This document shows positions 42,746 to 56,900 of a stretch of DNA of 64,000 nucleotides, piece after piece (within the stretch, counting starts at the first letter, position 1; each line of letters begins with the position of its first letter). The DNA is taken from the NCBI RefSeq assembly GCF_902459465.1, contig NC_047070.1:1364001-1428000 (forward strand). The letters run 5' to 3'. Source of the stretch: Asterias rubens. Taxonomy: Eukaryota. Position numbers and translations under genes: made by a program. A model generated the notes under the pieces. The model had not been told where the DNA came from. It searched no databases and saw only the letters and a program-made list of their open reading frames with translations.

Positions 42746-43105
42746 GGTCTCAACGTTTCAATTAGCTTGCTCTAGTCTCTGTCCTTACTCTATGCTCTAG
42801 TCGAGTCATCGTCAGGAGACTCTTAGTCATCGTGGCAGTACAGTTGATTACGATCCTATAAGCTAAAGTAGTAGTCCAGTCTATTTCTATACCATCCGCC
42901 CTGGTAATAGTTAAAAAGCAGGACAGTTCTTTTCAGAACTGAGAAGTCTCCCGAACCTCCGATTATCTACTCCGCGGCAGTAGAATAAAGCAAGACAGTT
43001 CCCTAAGAACAACTCTACCTGGCAAGTAGATACACACATGGTGTTACCGCAAACCAAATACACATTGATACCTCACCAAAACCATGCAATGCCTCAAATC
43101 CTATA
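42746..43105 (-). mobile_element. Penelope-like terminal-repeat remnant carrying an H2 hammerhead (42748-42822)
   Basis: CTGACGA...GAAAC GTT GAGAC core intact, with about 30 nt inserted in stem II. Adjoining sequence recurs at 29715-29775 and 28525-28585. Confidence 0.6.
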
Positions 43106-43679
43106 TTCATTATCATTGTTGTTAAATTGCAGAGGGTCAAGTGTGCATACCCCCCTACCTGGAAATGATAACAGCATTAATTCCATGGATCTAGGGAGAT
43201 ATTACACTCTGAGGTAAAAGGGAGATCTAAAAGTTAAACAAAAGGATTGTTATTAAGGACCAATCCATTTTTAGATTTTATTTTGAATGCTTAGGATTTA
43301 TTTTTAATCTTAAAATATGGATAAATCCTTGATTATTTAATCTTGATTATTTGATTATTTTTAATCTTAATATATGGATAAATCCTTGATTTAAATCCAT
43401 TTAGAGTGTACCATACAGTGCTCGATCTCTGTATTGAACATTTAAAAACTCACCAAAGAAAGGCTATGTGCATCCTCACCGGCAAATAACTGTTGGGGGT
43501 TTACTTATTGATGTTTATGCAATGTGGAGAGGCATAAAACTTTGCTGGAAATAACTTTGTTGGTGTAAACAAACAAAACCTAACAAAGGCTCTCTCTATT
43601 CATGTAGGCCTATTTCTACTTGACTGCTTGTGTAACACTTTTTACACCTGCCATGTGTGTGTGTTGAGTTGTCATTAAT

Positions 43680-43715
43680 CCTTTGAGAAAGATTCTGACG
43701 GGTCGAAATGTCAGA
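43680..43715 (+). ncRNA. Minimal hammerhead motif, family H3 (degenerate)
   Basis: CCT-TTGAGAA-A-GATTC(TGAC)GGGTC-GAAAT-GTC-AGA. Confidence 0.55.
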
Positions 43716-46700
43716 CAATTTACTATTTTTAGCATTTCTATTGTATGTACTTTTTTTCTCAAAGATAGTTGTTTAGCATAAAATGTGCATATAAAGCAGA
43801 ACCATGTAAAAGTTAGGTTTAAAGTACCATAAGATGCACTGGATTAGTTACTCAAAGTAACTGTTAGCATACAAACTTCTGAGCATTAGAGAGCTGTTGA
43901 TTATAAAACATTGTGAGAAATGGCTCCCTCTGAAGTAAAGTTTTTGAGAAGAGGTAATTTATCACTTTATAAAAAAAAACGTCTTCAGGCCTGAAGCCTT
44001 TCATAAGGCATCTGAAAGCACACAAAGTTTGTCCAACAAGGGTGTTTTTGTCTTTCATTATTCGATTGCAACTTCGATGACCAATTGAGTCAAAATGTTC
44101 ACAGATTTGTTTAATAATGGGATACAAGTGAGAATACTTGTCTTTGACAATTACCTAACGTGTCCAATGCCCTTTAAGTACAATAAAATGACTCATGCAA
44201 AGTGGGATAACCTATGGGATTGGTGAGATCAAGTTGCCTGTGATCTATGGAGGTGGCTGATAATATGTAACCTTTGCAAAGAGTCCTTTTTGTTTAATCC
44301 TTGGAAATATAGGCCAGTTAAAATTTATGGATGTTTCTCATCGACCAATCTCTGGATATTGATGAGTAATTTCTTCTTTTTTTCCACTTTTTTTTTTTTT
44401 ATCCCTGTCAAAGAAAATATGCTTCCATAGAAGAAGAAAAAATTATAAAATAATACATTTCTTGGATGGGCATAAAAAAGGATACTATATTGACTACATG
44501 GAAATATATTAATAAATTAATAATTAATATTTTCCAAGGTGGGCCAAAAAAAAAACGCAGGTGTTGAAGAGAAACAAAATTTCAATTTTTATTGGCCTAT
44601 ATGGAATTTATTGTGGATGGATTTCTCACAAGATGACATTGGTCAATGAACCCTCATGGGGCGGCCATCTTGTTTATTTACCATCCAAATCAGTTGAGGA
44701 TGGAAGGAATCCCTCAATATAACATTATCGTGATTGCACAGAATTATTAAACAAATAAAAATGTAAACAGTTGAGTTATATACATGTACAAATTGATGAT
44801 CATTCTAGAAAGATTAATAATTTCACACACAAAAAATAATAAAATAAAAATGTTAAAAGAGTGAAAGGAAAAAAACCGAGTCAGCATTCATAAAAAAATA
44901 AAAAGTAACTCTCCTTGATTCTGGTAGACAGGATTGATACAGCTGCCAAAATAGTCGCAGGCAGTGTTCATGTTTTGTTTTTTCGCTCATATACAGGAAA
45001 TAACTACCCAGTGAAGTTTTTTTATTAAACCCGTTGTGTGAGAAAGTAATGAAAACATGCACAATATTTAGCATGTTAACACACTGTCCTTGATTTTTGG
45101 GTTGTAACAAATAAAATCAGATGTTGCGTTTTGGGGTGGTTTTCACAGCTAGTTTTCCAAACTATGATGTCATTTCCAACGCTCAATACCTTAAACACAA
45201 ACCATAAAACAATATTTTCACCCTAATATTCATATAGAAGTGTTATTATCAACCGACCAAAAGGAAAACACTCATGAGCAGATGTGTCGCCTGAGATCCA
45301 TACAAACATCAGAGCTACTTCACCCCGAGCCTAAAACCAATCAATAGTTAATTCCTGAAATGCAGTGACGTACTTCGACTCCCCCCTCCAAAGAGAGTCA
45401 CTAATGACGGAGACTCAGACCATTTTAGAAAAGGGATAATGTATTTATTGTCTCCATGATCTTAGCAATTAAATTATACGACCGCTTGTTGTTAGTCCAT
45501 GTGCAAAACCAGAGAAAATTATGTACAAAATATATATAACAGTTTTGTGTCCTTCAATTATTAAGCTTGAATATATAATCATGTAAACATTCGTTATAAA
45601 TGCAAAGTTATTCTCAATATGCTTTCATTATGTTATAAGACACGAATAATCATGAATATTTAAACAAGGTAAAACAATTTTCCTTTTATCTATCAAGTCA
45701 AAGTTGAATAATTAGTTCCTTGAGAAGTAGGGTATACCTTTGGTAATAACTCCAACATTTATTAAGCACAAAAACTTGCAGCTGTTGATAATGTATAACA
45801 TTTTGAGAAACAATTCCCTTCTAAAAGACATGATTTTAAAGAAAAGGATTCAACAAAAATTTCATGCAAAAAATATTTCTCTGATTGTGTATTCCAATTA
45901 AAGATTTATCTTCCGGCATGGACATAAAACTGCTCCTGATTTACAACTGAAAACGCTATAGCCTTATGAAATGAAAATTTGTACAGGTTAATTTTTGTTA
46001 TACATCTTCATTTCCAAAGTTCCAAAAACAAAAGGTATACTTCTAGTGCATGGAGTAAGTAAATCCTTTGTCTGCCAGGTCCGTATTATTGAAGCTAAAA
46101 ATGAAATTAGCATATGCAATCATAAACTCAGAGGTCATTTATTCTATTCAAGCAAGCTCAGGAGTAGATCAAAGACGCTGTTTTGGAAAATTAGTAAAAC
46201 AATAATTGATGATTGCTGGAAAAAAGATTGCAGAAATGATAAGGACAACACCAACATTAATCTGAATTTCTTGAGAAGCATAAACATCTTTCTGTTACAA
46301 AATATACAATTTCAGGTTGAACAAAGACAAATTTACTTCAGCTAGAGGATTTGAACCTGCGACCTCCAGAATAATGTTCCAGTGCTCTACTAACTGAGCT
46401 ATCTAGCCCTAACGTTGGTGGTTGTCAAGATCTTTGTTTTGGGGGGAGTTGGATATTATCAATGCTCTTATTAGAGACAAACGAGAAGAGAGAAGACAAT
46501 GAAGAAATTCTGGTTTTTGATGTGGGAGGAACACCCAAGAAAATTATTCCAGGGAAAACCCCCACAGTCAAGTAGAAACTGAAAACCCAATCCACATAGT
46601 GCCTTGATGGTATTTGAACCAGGGACCCAGAGGTGGAAGGCGAGGCAAGACACCACTACACCAACCTGACTAATAAGAAGCCATTCAACCTGTTAACTGT

Positions 46701-47042
46701 ACCTGCAGTATAGACAGGAATCACACCCAAGTTTAAAAAATATACAAAATACTTTTGTGAAAAACTGTTGGGACCCACGTAGATATAATTACACAGACAA
46801 CACAAAATCTACTTGGTAGTTTTTTTACAATAATAATTAAGACATAAAGTTGTATATTCTATTAAAACTTACAAGCGGAAACAAATTTCTTTGGATGACA
46901 ACATTACTTGATTATAACTGGACAACTTAACATTCACATTGTGATCCAACACACTACTTTTTGTCCAATGGAATGAACAAGTGCTCTCTTGAATCAGTTG
47001 ATATTGTTGTGAAAGGTATAAATGGGTGAATGAAATGTGGTT

Positions 47043-47396
47043 TAAGCCTGGGCAACTAGTTTGACTAGTGTCGAAGTCGCGACTATTGATTGCTATTTTC
47101 GAGTCGCGACTACCGTTTTTCAACTACTCGATTAATCGTGCTGTCACAACTACCTCTTTGGTGAATACACTGTGTCGCTCACGACTATTCACAACAACAT
47201 AATTTACTTACGAAACACAATCAGACATCAGTAACACAAACCTTCAATCCTTTCAGTGTGAATTTTACTATATTGCGTCTGCGGCAAACAATATGCCGTT
47301 GGCGGGAATTCAAAATTAATGGCAACTAGTGTCGAAGTCGCGTCTATTTGGGGCACCACTAGTCGATTTGTAAATTTCAGTAGTGGCCCAGGCCTA
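47043..47396. mobile_element. hAT-like non-autonomous element (TIR TAGGCCTGGGC)
   Basis: TAAGCCTGGGCAACTA / TAGTGGCCCAGGCCTA, with repeated subterminal ACTAGTGTCGAAGTCGCG; no clean TSD. Confidence 0.55.
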
Positions 47397-47609
47397 GTTA
47401 TGTACAATGTATACAGCTCACAAGAAAGGCTCTACATGCAAGGCAACCAGGCTGATTCCAATGCCTTCATCCAAAAATCGTGAGCCTGATTTAAGAAATG
47501 GATAAAATATAAATAGGGTAAAACGTTGATAAAAAAACATTCAATAAATAATGTTTTATAAAACATACCCCATCGACAAAGTAGGGAAAATAGGCGGTAC
47601 TTTTTGTAT

Positions 47610-48017
47610 TCATAATTTTGGTTGGTAAAACGCAACTCTTCCACACATACTACCAGACGCAAGGAGGCAATGCGTCGGCGAAAACCTTGAAGTCAAAACA
47701 GTACTCTTGTGTTTCACCAAGTATTTGATTTGCTTGAGTTCACGGACACCATGGGGCTGAATGTCGCATAATTCACTGCTTTTTGAGTCAAAGCCGAGTA
47801 ATCGGACTCCGTATCCATAGCAGGAGCAGATGAGACGACCGTCGGGGCTGACGCTAAGCTCCTTGATGTACCCTCTCCCATCTGTGGATTCTTTGGTGTA
47901 GTACATCAAGCGCTTAAGAGCTTGGGGTTGAGTGGTTGAACGAATGGAAAGACTCTGGTCTGGAAGTGGGTCTTGGAGATCATGTACACATGTCCACTAA
48001 AGAAGTAAACAAACAAA

Positions 48018-48082
<65 letters not shown>

Positions 48083-51000
48083 GTATTATTATTATTATAC
48101 AGTCTACAGTGCTAACACACATCGGTGCATATGACTAAAATCCCCAAATGGATATTACATGTATTGTTATTATTATTTATAAATTTGTCACAAAAGCACA
48201 GAATCAATATTTGCAAACAAAAGTTTAGCTACAGGAAGAAAAAGAATTAAAATTAAAAAAACATGTTTTACAGAACTACCTGTAGGCCTACAGGCTAAAC
48301 AGCAACTAAAACACTGGTTCTGAATGAAGATGACTGACAGAAGGTTTGGATACAACCAGGAACAAGTGAAGAATAGATGAGAGATGAGGGTAGATTGGCA
48401 GAACGAAAGTGAACAACGCAAGTTTCAAAATTTCTGCTAGCAAAAATATTGAAAAACTGTTCCGACCCCAAATTTCTAAATTTCTCACCTCAGCATCATC
48501 TTCTCTTGTTGTGTATCTCGATATCATACACCAGCCGTGTGGATGAAGAACCAAAGATGAAATACAAGATGCCTTACTGTCCTCAGGACAATCTAAGACC
48601 AACTCTGCACGATTTCTCGTCCTCGTAAACGGCGCTTCTCTACTCCAATGACCTTGCTCTGACCTCACTCCATCTTCCTCTTCCTGCATGGCGATGCGAT
48701 GGTACTCAACAAAGTCTACATTGGCAAGGTCAGAGTTAAGAGTTGAAAGGTTAAGGTTGTGAATGACAATGTAGAAACCTCTGGCAGTTGACATGACAAG
48801 CTTGGTGCAGTCCGGGGTTAGACGTGTCCTCATCAGAGACTCGATGTAGAAGATCTTTTCATGTGGCGCTCCGTTTTCCTCATAACTGTCCCAGAAACAA
48901 AAACAAAGTTAATTGCCTGAGGTTTGGACCCTAGCAGAATCTTTCTCGAAGGCTAAATGACAACAAAACAATCATGAACAGGTAACTAAGTGTCAAATGG
49001 GAAAAAAATGAACAGTGACCATTAAGAATTCTGCATTTCATATTTAAAGGTAAGTTGAACATTTTTGGTAATCACTCTTAAAATTAATGGCAATAAAAAC
49101 TATAGGTTAGAAGCCTACAGCAGCTTTGAATAGTAGAAGACATTTTGAAAAACTTGAAAAAGATAAAAATATATCGGTAGTTGTATCCTTAGAAGTGACC
49201 AATAGAGAGTCCCTTCTTACCTGTTGATGTCCCAACTAACTACTGCACCGTCAAAAGCCGAGGAAATAAGCCGTCGTGTCCGGTGGCAATATTCAATACT
49301 CTTCACCCAGTTTGTGTGTCCCTCCAAACAGCGGACCTTCTGTTTCAAATTACGAATATCCCATAAGGCAATGGTAGAGTCATCTGATCCCGACGCAAAA
49401 GTTCTGCTGTCTAAAAATCTTAAAGAACAAAATAAAAATCTCAGGAGGTAAATAAAACACTACAATGTATATAAAAAGCCACTATTATTATTATTTAAAA
49501 CTTACCAGAAAAGGACTTGTACCTGCGACCTCCAGGTTAACATGCCGGTGCTATCTAGCCCTCTGTTAGAAAATAGGCCGGAAGTGCCCACCTAAAATAA
49601 AGGTGCCCCAGTTGTGGCCCCCTTGAATGTTACCCTAGTTTTGGCGCTGCCCACGCAAGGAGTTAATCTATTCGGCTTGATACTTCATGATGACAACAAA
49701 GAGGATTGCCTACATGCCCCCTGGTCATTGCCTTAGTGCCCTTGAAACACTCACTTGCCCTTTACCAAGGAGAAAACGCCTTGGTGCCCTTGCCCTTTCA
49801 AAAAACCTAGCATACAGGCCTGCTATCTTACCTGATACAGTTGACACAGTCTCCATGCGCATTCCTTACAGCTGTTATATTCTTGGTTGTGAGTGGATCA
49901 AACAGTAACATGCTATTCTCCTCACATGCTGCTACTAGAATATCACTAAATACAGTTGGGAGAATTTGAAAAATAAACAAAAGCTGTGAATACCAAACTT
50001 CATTCAATTCAACTCAATGACGTTTGTTCTATACTCTTTTGAGAAAATAATTCAATATGAGAATATCAATACAAAGAAAGGTAACAAAATCAAAAGGGCA
50101 TATAAGCATACAAAAATAATGTAGTGTTAAACCAAATAATAAATGAATTAGGAACTAGGAAGAACTATGTAAAAGAGAAGAGCGAAAGCATGAGGCTGTT
50201 AGAGTAAGTCGAGGCTTGTAGAAAACAGCCTTCATACAGTCAAACAAACAAAAAAACAGCGAATCACGAAACGGGGACAAGACAGACAAGACGAACAATG
50301 ACATTATAAAATGCTAACGACAAAATACAAAGAATTAAAGTACTAGGCTAACTGAAGACGACAAAAGTAAATAGATAAGTAGCGAAGGAGAGAAAAAGCT
50401 AAGGATACTTTTAGGCCTACACTTTATGTGGGCTAAGTTCTAACTTGACTCATCAAAAGTGAAATTTTATTAATTTGATTAATTCACATAAAAACACTGA
50501 ATGTTTAATCCATTATTCAAAATAAATTCCACTTTTAAATGCTTACAATAAACATTTACACAAACAAATTAGAAAATGTTTCTTACAATTTTAATGTTTG
50601 GTATTAACAATGATACTGAATATGAAATAATAAAGTCTGACATTTTAAATTTTACAAACATTCAATCAGCATCTGAATGAAAAAATCAACTCTTACATTT
50701 AGGGAAAATTTCAAGTTGAAAATGTTAAAATAACTGTTTAAAATAATAGGTCTAGCCCTGTCTTAAGCACGATTCATACTTACTGTGAATGCGAATGCGA
50801 ATGCGAAGCAAAGTTTGACATTACAAATTTGCCAACGAATAATTCGCAACAGTTGCACTATGCTTGACTCCTGTGAAACATTCGCTGTGACGTCAAAATT
50901 CGCTTAGCATTCGCATTTTGTAGAAAATATGAACCAGGCTTTAAGGTACTGATGTGTGTTCAGCTGTCGCAGAAATACAAAAAGAAAACCACAACACTTT

Positions 51001-51420
51001 TGGGAATGAGGTTAGTTGCGATGATTGTTACCATCGATACTCCGCCGTCATGAGGATCGAGGGTTCTGATCATAGCAATAAGGGCAAGGTTTGTTAAGAA
51101 ACACAATTTATACTGTACCCGCTGGGTGAAAACTCCAAGTTGAAGATTGCTTCATGTCCTTGCACCTTAGAGAAATCCGAAAAGCCAGATGGTGCGACCC
51201 GGCCATACAAACAGCATTGTACCTCGTTAAGTAATCTCTGCTGACACGATCCTTGGTTTGCCTTGTAGTGAACACCAACGGCTGATCCTGCACATACTGA
51301 TGAGGGACTAACGACTTGACGATTCCATACCCATCTGGTGATTGATGTGTTCTTGGTAGTATTGCCGTTTGTGTTTGAGTTACTATCGTCATTGCCTTTA
51401 GATTTTTTATTCACTGCCAT
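47610..51420 (-). CDS. DCAF10: DDB1- and CUL4-associated factor 10 (WDR32), 465 aa
   Basis: Exons 51119-51420 (GCCATGG), 49832-49945, 49221-49418, 48489-48885, 47610-47996 (1398 nt). IFNLEFSP.G, SDDSTIALWDIR, GHTNWVKSIEY, MRTRLTPDC, GRGYIKEL.SPDGR, FSPTHC..ASG...GRVAFYQPKL*. Confidence 0.95.
48021..48100. repeat. (TAT)n microsatellite
   Basis: Direct reading. Confidence 0.95.
48915..48992 (-). ncRNA. Minimal hammerhead motif, family H3 (degenerate), with upstream pLTR sequence
   Basis: GCCT-TCGAGAA-A-GATTC(TGCTA)GGGTC-CAAAC-CTC-AGGC. Confidence 0.55.
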
Positions 51421-52794
51421 GGCAATCAACGTTTATTTTCCAAAAAACAACTAATAATAAATGCCAAATGAGTAGGAAAAATGTTTCTTGTGTGGTGTTC
51501 AAATTCAAAATCCTTTAATTTTGCAGCAATTTGTCTTGAATATGTAAATGAATATTTCGAGTATGCATGCTTGATCTTGATTCGCTACACACAAAACTTC
51601 TAAAAACCGTGAAATAAAAATCGACTGACAAATGTCCGCCACTTGACAATGCCTTGGCAAGTCATTGCTACAAAATGCTTTTAAATTCTCCAAAATAACA
51701 ATCAAGAACAAGAGAAAGAGTTCTACCCTAGGCCAGTCTACAAACAGTGTCCAGTGTCCGACGTACTACTGCACACATGTCGCCTTGAAACTGAGGACAA
51801 AAAGCAACAACACGAAAAGTTAAACAAAATAGGCCACTATTGCTTTGTTTTAAAATGTAATATTTTGATTTGGGGGTTGAACAAAGAAAGATTTACTGGA
51901 GTGGGACTCCAACCACAGACCTCTGGATTGCAATAAATGCCAGTGATCTACCAACCCAACTTAGCTGACTAGCCCTAAGTTGGCAGTCTCCCTATTTTGT
52001 AAATATTTTTGTTTTGGGTGCCTGTCAGAAGCCATAAAACCGTTAAAGGAACACGTTGCCTTGGATCGGACGAGTTGGTCTTTGAAAAGCGTTTGAAACC
52101 GTTTGTTATGAAATGCATATGGCTTAGAAAGATGTAGAGTATAATGATCCACACACTATAAGTATCACTCAAACACAGGATTTTCCTTTTACGTCGTGAA
52201 CTAGCATTTTATGGAGTCAAAATTTTGACTCAACAAAAATGGCCGACCTTATTTCTTCGCGACCTAAAAGGAAAACCATGCAACTTCGAGGCATGTTTGT
52301 GTGGATAATTATATTCTACTTTAAATTATCTTTTTAACCATGCATTTCATAACAAATGGCTTCAAATGCTTCTTAAAGACCAACTCGACCAATCCAAGGC
52401 AACGTGTTCCTTCGGCAGTCAAGTTTGTCTTTGAAAAGCGTTCTGTCACCGTTTGTTATTAAATGCACATGGGTAGAAAGATGTTGTAAAAGTAGAATAC
52501 AATGATCTACACAAATATGCCTCGAAATTGCGTGGTTTTCTTTTGACCTCGTCAACTAACACGGTCGGCCATTTATGGGAGTCAATGGCCGACCGTGTTA
52601 GTTCGCGGCGTAAAAAGGAAAACCGTGCAATTTTGAGTGATACTTATTACTTGTTGTAGACCAAATCGTCCAATCCATGTCGGCAACATGTTCCTTTAAC
52701 TGCCGTGTACTTGTATACAAGTTGTAGCCAGACCAGGGGGATCACAACCTGGGCATGCTGGGATTTGTGGGAAGCGGCAGCCAGGGGATCACCT

Positions 52795-53172
52795 TTATAG
52801 CCATTGGACCCTTTCGGTAAACAGTGTTGTCCAAGGCCCACACTTTGTGTACCACAACTTCTATATCAAATAACAAACCTGTGAAAATTTAGGCTCAATC
52901 GGTCATCGGAGTCGGGAGAAAACAACGGAACACCCCACCCTTGTTTCCACGTGTTTCGCAGTGTCATGACATGTGTTTAAAATAAATCCGTAATTCTCGT
53001 TAACGAGAATTTATTAATTGTTTTGCTGTTTTCTCAAAAAGTAAAGCATTTCATGGAATAATATTTCAAGAGAAGTCTTTTACCATTGCCTTCTGTAAAC
53101 CCTGTAAGTTATTTGTAAATCTGTGAACTTAGTTTTCTTCTTTTCTGAACGGAAAGGGTCCAATGGCTTTAA
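52795..53172. mobile_element. TTAA MITE family F
   Basis: TIR TTA(T)AGCCATTGGACCCTTTC / GAAAGGGTCCAATGGCTTTAA. Confidence 0.85.
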
Positions 53173-53327
53173 GCGACTTTTTGTTTATTAAATTAATCAA
53201 CATAAACCACAACTCACAATGAAGAGAAACTGACTGTGTACATTTTTTAAATTGAATGATTTTGGGTTTGAATGAAAAAATACAACACATAATAAAAATT
53301 AGGTCAGTCACTCATCACACTGATGAT

Positions 53328-53391
53328 TAGTTGCGATAACGATAACGTAACCCTCCTCGCCGTCGGAAGGAGGGTTACGTTATCGCAACTA
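53328..53391. mobile_element. 64-bp hairpin micro-element with 9-bp TSD
   Basis: TAGTTGCGATAAC..GTAACCCTCCT / AGGAGGGTTAC GTTATCGCAACTA, flanked by ACTGATGAT on both sides. Confidence 0.75.
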
Positions 53392-53916
53392 ACTGATGAT
53401 AAGCCTGAGGTAGGTCTGAGGAGCAGGAATTTTTTTTTCAAAATTCAAGTTTGTAAAAACAAAAACTAAAACAAAACTTAAATAAAATAAAAATAAAAAA
53501 AGTCTGAATCTGATTCTGAAAAACTCCAGTCCAGTCAGTAGCTTACAAATAAATATGGTCCAAACACGAAGGCAACAGAAAGAAAGGGCTTAAAAAATGG
53601 AAGAAATTAAGTTGACCCAAAACATTCTTATCAATCAAGTCAGAATAAGGAAACATAAAGAAATTTATAATCACACCAACCGGACTGTGTTACTTCATGG
53701 AGGCGGCCATCTTGAATGTAATTGCTGTGTCAATGATAGAGGGCGCACTCATTGAACACCGTTAATTATTTAATGGTCCTTTAATTCTCTACGGTTGAGA
53801 TCAAGCGGATTGACATCATCTCTACTTCTCTGTATACACTATCACGATAATAATACCTTCCAGTACAATCCAACCTGCAATCAAACATGTTGATAACTCA
53901 GAATAAAGTCAAAAGC

Positions 53917-53917
<1 letters not shown>

Positions 53918-53945
<28 letters not shown>
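53918..53945 (+). repeat. Poly-G tract (28 nt)
   Basis: Direct reading; other G/C homopolymers at about 13875, 17819, 35160, 37463 and 39941. Confidence 0.9.
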
Positions 53946-53947
<2 letters not shown>

Positions 53948-56900
53948 AACCTGTGCTTTGTTAAAATTCCAGTCATAAACAAATCATAAACAGGGTCAGA
54001 CATAATCATCATTGTCAAAAACTAATAAACAGGTGAAACTGAAACTGGAATGATTTTTATGGAGCAATAAAATACAAGCATTGATAAGTTAAAAATGTGA
54101 ACACTCGTATTATCTTTAAGTTCTAAACGTAGGCTACTAACCATCCAGGAGAATGTGTCTGTGAAACATGGTCAAAGTTGAGGAAATAATATAGGCATTT
54201 GAAGCTTATAGAGCCCACTGTGATTCCCCTCTATGAACCCACAGAATATTATCAAATAATAGTGAGAATACAATACATTTATAGGTAATTTTTTATTGCA
54301 GGAACCTCTAGCCTCTATGCATCACAACACAAAATATAAAACAATGAAATGAAATATAAAGCATATTGTTAAGAAACTCATTAAAAAAAACAAAGTGTTT
54401 ATTTTTTTTAAGTCCCCTGGAAATCTGAAGAAAGTCAGCTTGAAAAACATGAAGAGGTCAAGTCATTCAATAACAAAGGCGCAATGAAGTTTCACCATAT
54501 TTCTGCAACAAATAGTTAGCATCATTGACCAGCTTCTTGACATATTCGTTTGATCTCTTGACCAAAGGTGAACATTGAGTGTGATTAATTTGGTAGTTAG
54601 TGACTTCAAGCCACTTGATGGTCATCATTGAGGTCTCGAGTCCCTGCTCTCCCTCAGGGCAGTCATTAATGATGTGGCTGATGGTTTGTTGGGTGCCACA
54701 CTGACACAAATATTAGAGCAAATTTGGCTAGCAGGACATGAGGCAACCAGGAATACCTTTAAGCAGAAGATCAGATAGTCTGGAGATACTCCATGAAGAG
54801 CTTTGAAAGTGATGAGATTTATTGTTACTTTAGGCTGCCAATTTCAATTGCCATTCCCTGAAGTAAACAATTGAAATTAGCCTTGTTTTTGCACATTATT
54901 ATTTCCTTAACAAAAACAATAATGATTTTGCTGATTGATGACACTGTACAACTTTTCAACTTAACAAGAAATCTGCAAGAATATTCTGCTTAACAGCTTG
55001 ATGAAATAGGGCCCAGGTAAGTCTCAACGTGCTCACATTAAGACCATGCAATCACAAGGTTGAAGGTTTAAATCCGGTCAAGCTACCTACCACTGTTACA
55101 ATGACTAGAACTGTCTTCTATTTACTGAAAAACTCCCATTGGTCAAATTATGTAACACAACTTTTTCAGGTCTCCTTCTTTTCACTACGGTTTCTTTATA
55201 GAAGCAACGGATCACCATTTTCTCCCACTGTTTCCTTAACCAACAAAGGCAGCCCAACAAAAGATGTTTTTTTTAAACCTCCGGTTATCGGCAGCTTTGT
55301 TGAGAATCATTGATCAATGAAAACAGGAGAGCCTCTTTGAGATCTAATAAAAATGAATAGGTATTGATCCATACTAGGGGTTGGACAAGTAACAACCTGT
55401 CTTGACAGGTGATTGATGGGCTGGGACATGAATCCTATAGGTTTAGATCAAGGACACTTAAACATCATCCCCTTTCATTTTTTAGAGGCTAGGAGGCTGG
55501 GCTGATCAGCTTAAAGTCAATCCCTAACTGCTGGAGTATTTAACATTTTAGAAGCAAAGTTCATTTGTGTGTGTGTGATATTCAATTGATGTCAATGTAG
55601 AATATTGTGCATTTTCCCAGATGAATGGGTGGCACGAAAACAGCAAAATTTTGTTCAGAAGATCATAAACATCTGATCTAGTCTGTAATTAATTAACAAA
55701 TACAAACTTACAAACCAGTAAGTTTGTACAAATAAATGGACTCACAGAAAGGCAAATATTCAAGTTGTTATTCTTGTATTAATGTATACTTTCTTTGGCA
55801 TGACATTATACACGAAAAAATATGTGTTATATTTACAAAGTATGTACACACTAGAATCATAATTCCACCAAAAACCACTTACTAATAATTGTCAACATCT
55901 ATTACTTATATCCCACCCAGTTTATGGAAGCTCAAATGTTGTGTCCCAAACAAACTCAATATGGTACGTCAGACAGCAGAAGAAACTTAACGTTTCTACC
56001 CATACCACAAACTTTTTCATTCTGTTTCGAGATCTGGTTCAGAAAGGTCAGGAGAACAAGTTAACCAGAGGTCATTCCAACTCCCTTAGGACAACCCCTT
56101 TAACAAATTAAAAAAAATCTGAGCTTTCACAAAAAGGGCAGACTTCTTTTATGGCTATGCCACCATACCAATCCCAATTGGGTCTTCTTAATATGCTACA
56201 GTCTGGACTCCAGATTGTATAACAACATTAAGATAGCCATTATACAAACATTATTTTAAAAAACCCAACAACACTCCAATGTGGAGGTTTCTTTTGGTAT
56301 GAGAACATGCATAACTCTGCTCTGCTTACACCCTCATCTCATTTTTAAATTGCTAAGAAGTTGTTCTTTTTCAGTAAAAAAAACGAACACCGACAAAAAT
56401 CATCGATTGTGCAGCATTAGTATCAGGTCCAAGAGACAATGAGTTCAAAACGACAAGGCTTATAAAGAGAGATAGCCATACATGTCCTCAAAAAATTCTA
56501 ACAGTTTTAACGAGCTTGAAACTGTCAAAAACAACTGTTTTCTAGATACCATAAACATATTTTGTACACTTTTAAAGACTGAGAGTTAAAGAAATTGTAA
56601 CCTTATCATGTGTGTGGCCAACCAGTTGGCACATCACACACAACTCTTATATTTATATATAAAAATAGCACCACTGACCAAAACAAAAACAGATGCATGT
56701 AAACAACAAAAAACATCCCCAGTCTAATTCCTGTCCAATGGAATATCAACGTCAACTACACCTCATGGAACAAATCAAAGAACAGGATTTACTATCCTTT
56801 TTCAAATTAAGCCATGCTTTCCCCATTGTCATCTTTCTTTTGCCCCAATTTTAGGAAGGTTTTCCCAGTCATCGAAACTTTGCAAAAAAAAGTTAACGGT

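Noticed and set aside
53690-53880. Acceptor-like TTTGATTGCAG on - followed by a 31-codon open frame (LDCTGRYYYRD...)
   Set aside because: No upstream coding exons were found in 54-60 kb and no homology was recognised; the downstream part is a common GCGGCCATCTTG repeat.
56022-56060. CTGACC...GAAAC on - as another hammerhead (similar partials at about 4119, 12067 and 57188)
   Set aside because: The core is not YUGANRA, and stems I/II do not form in register.
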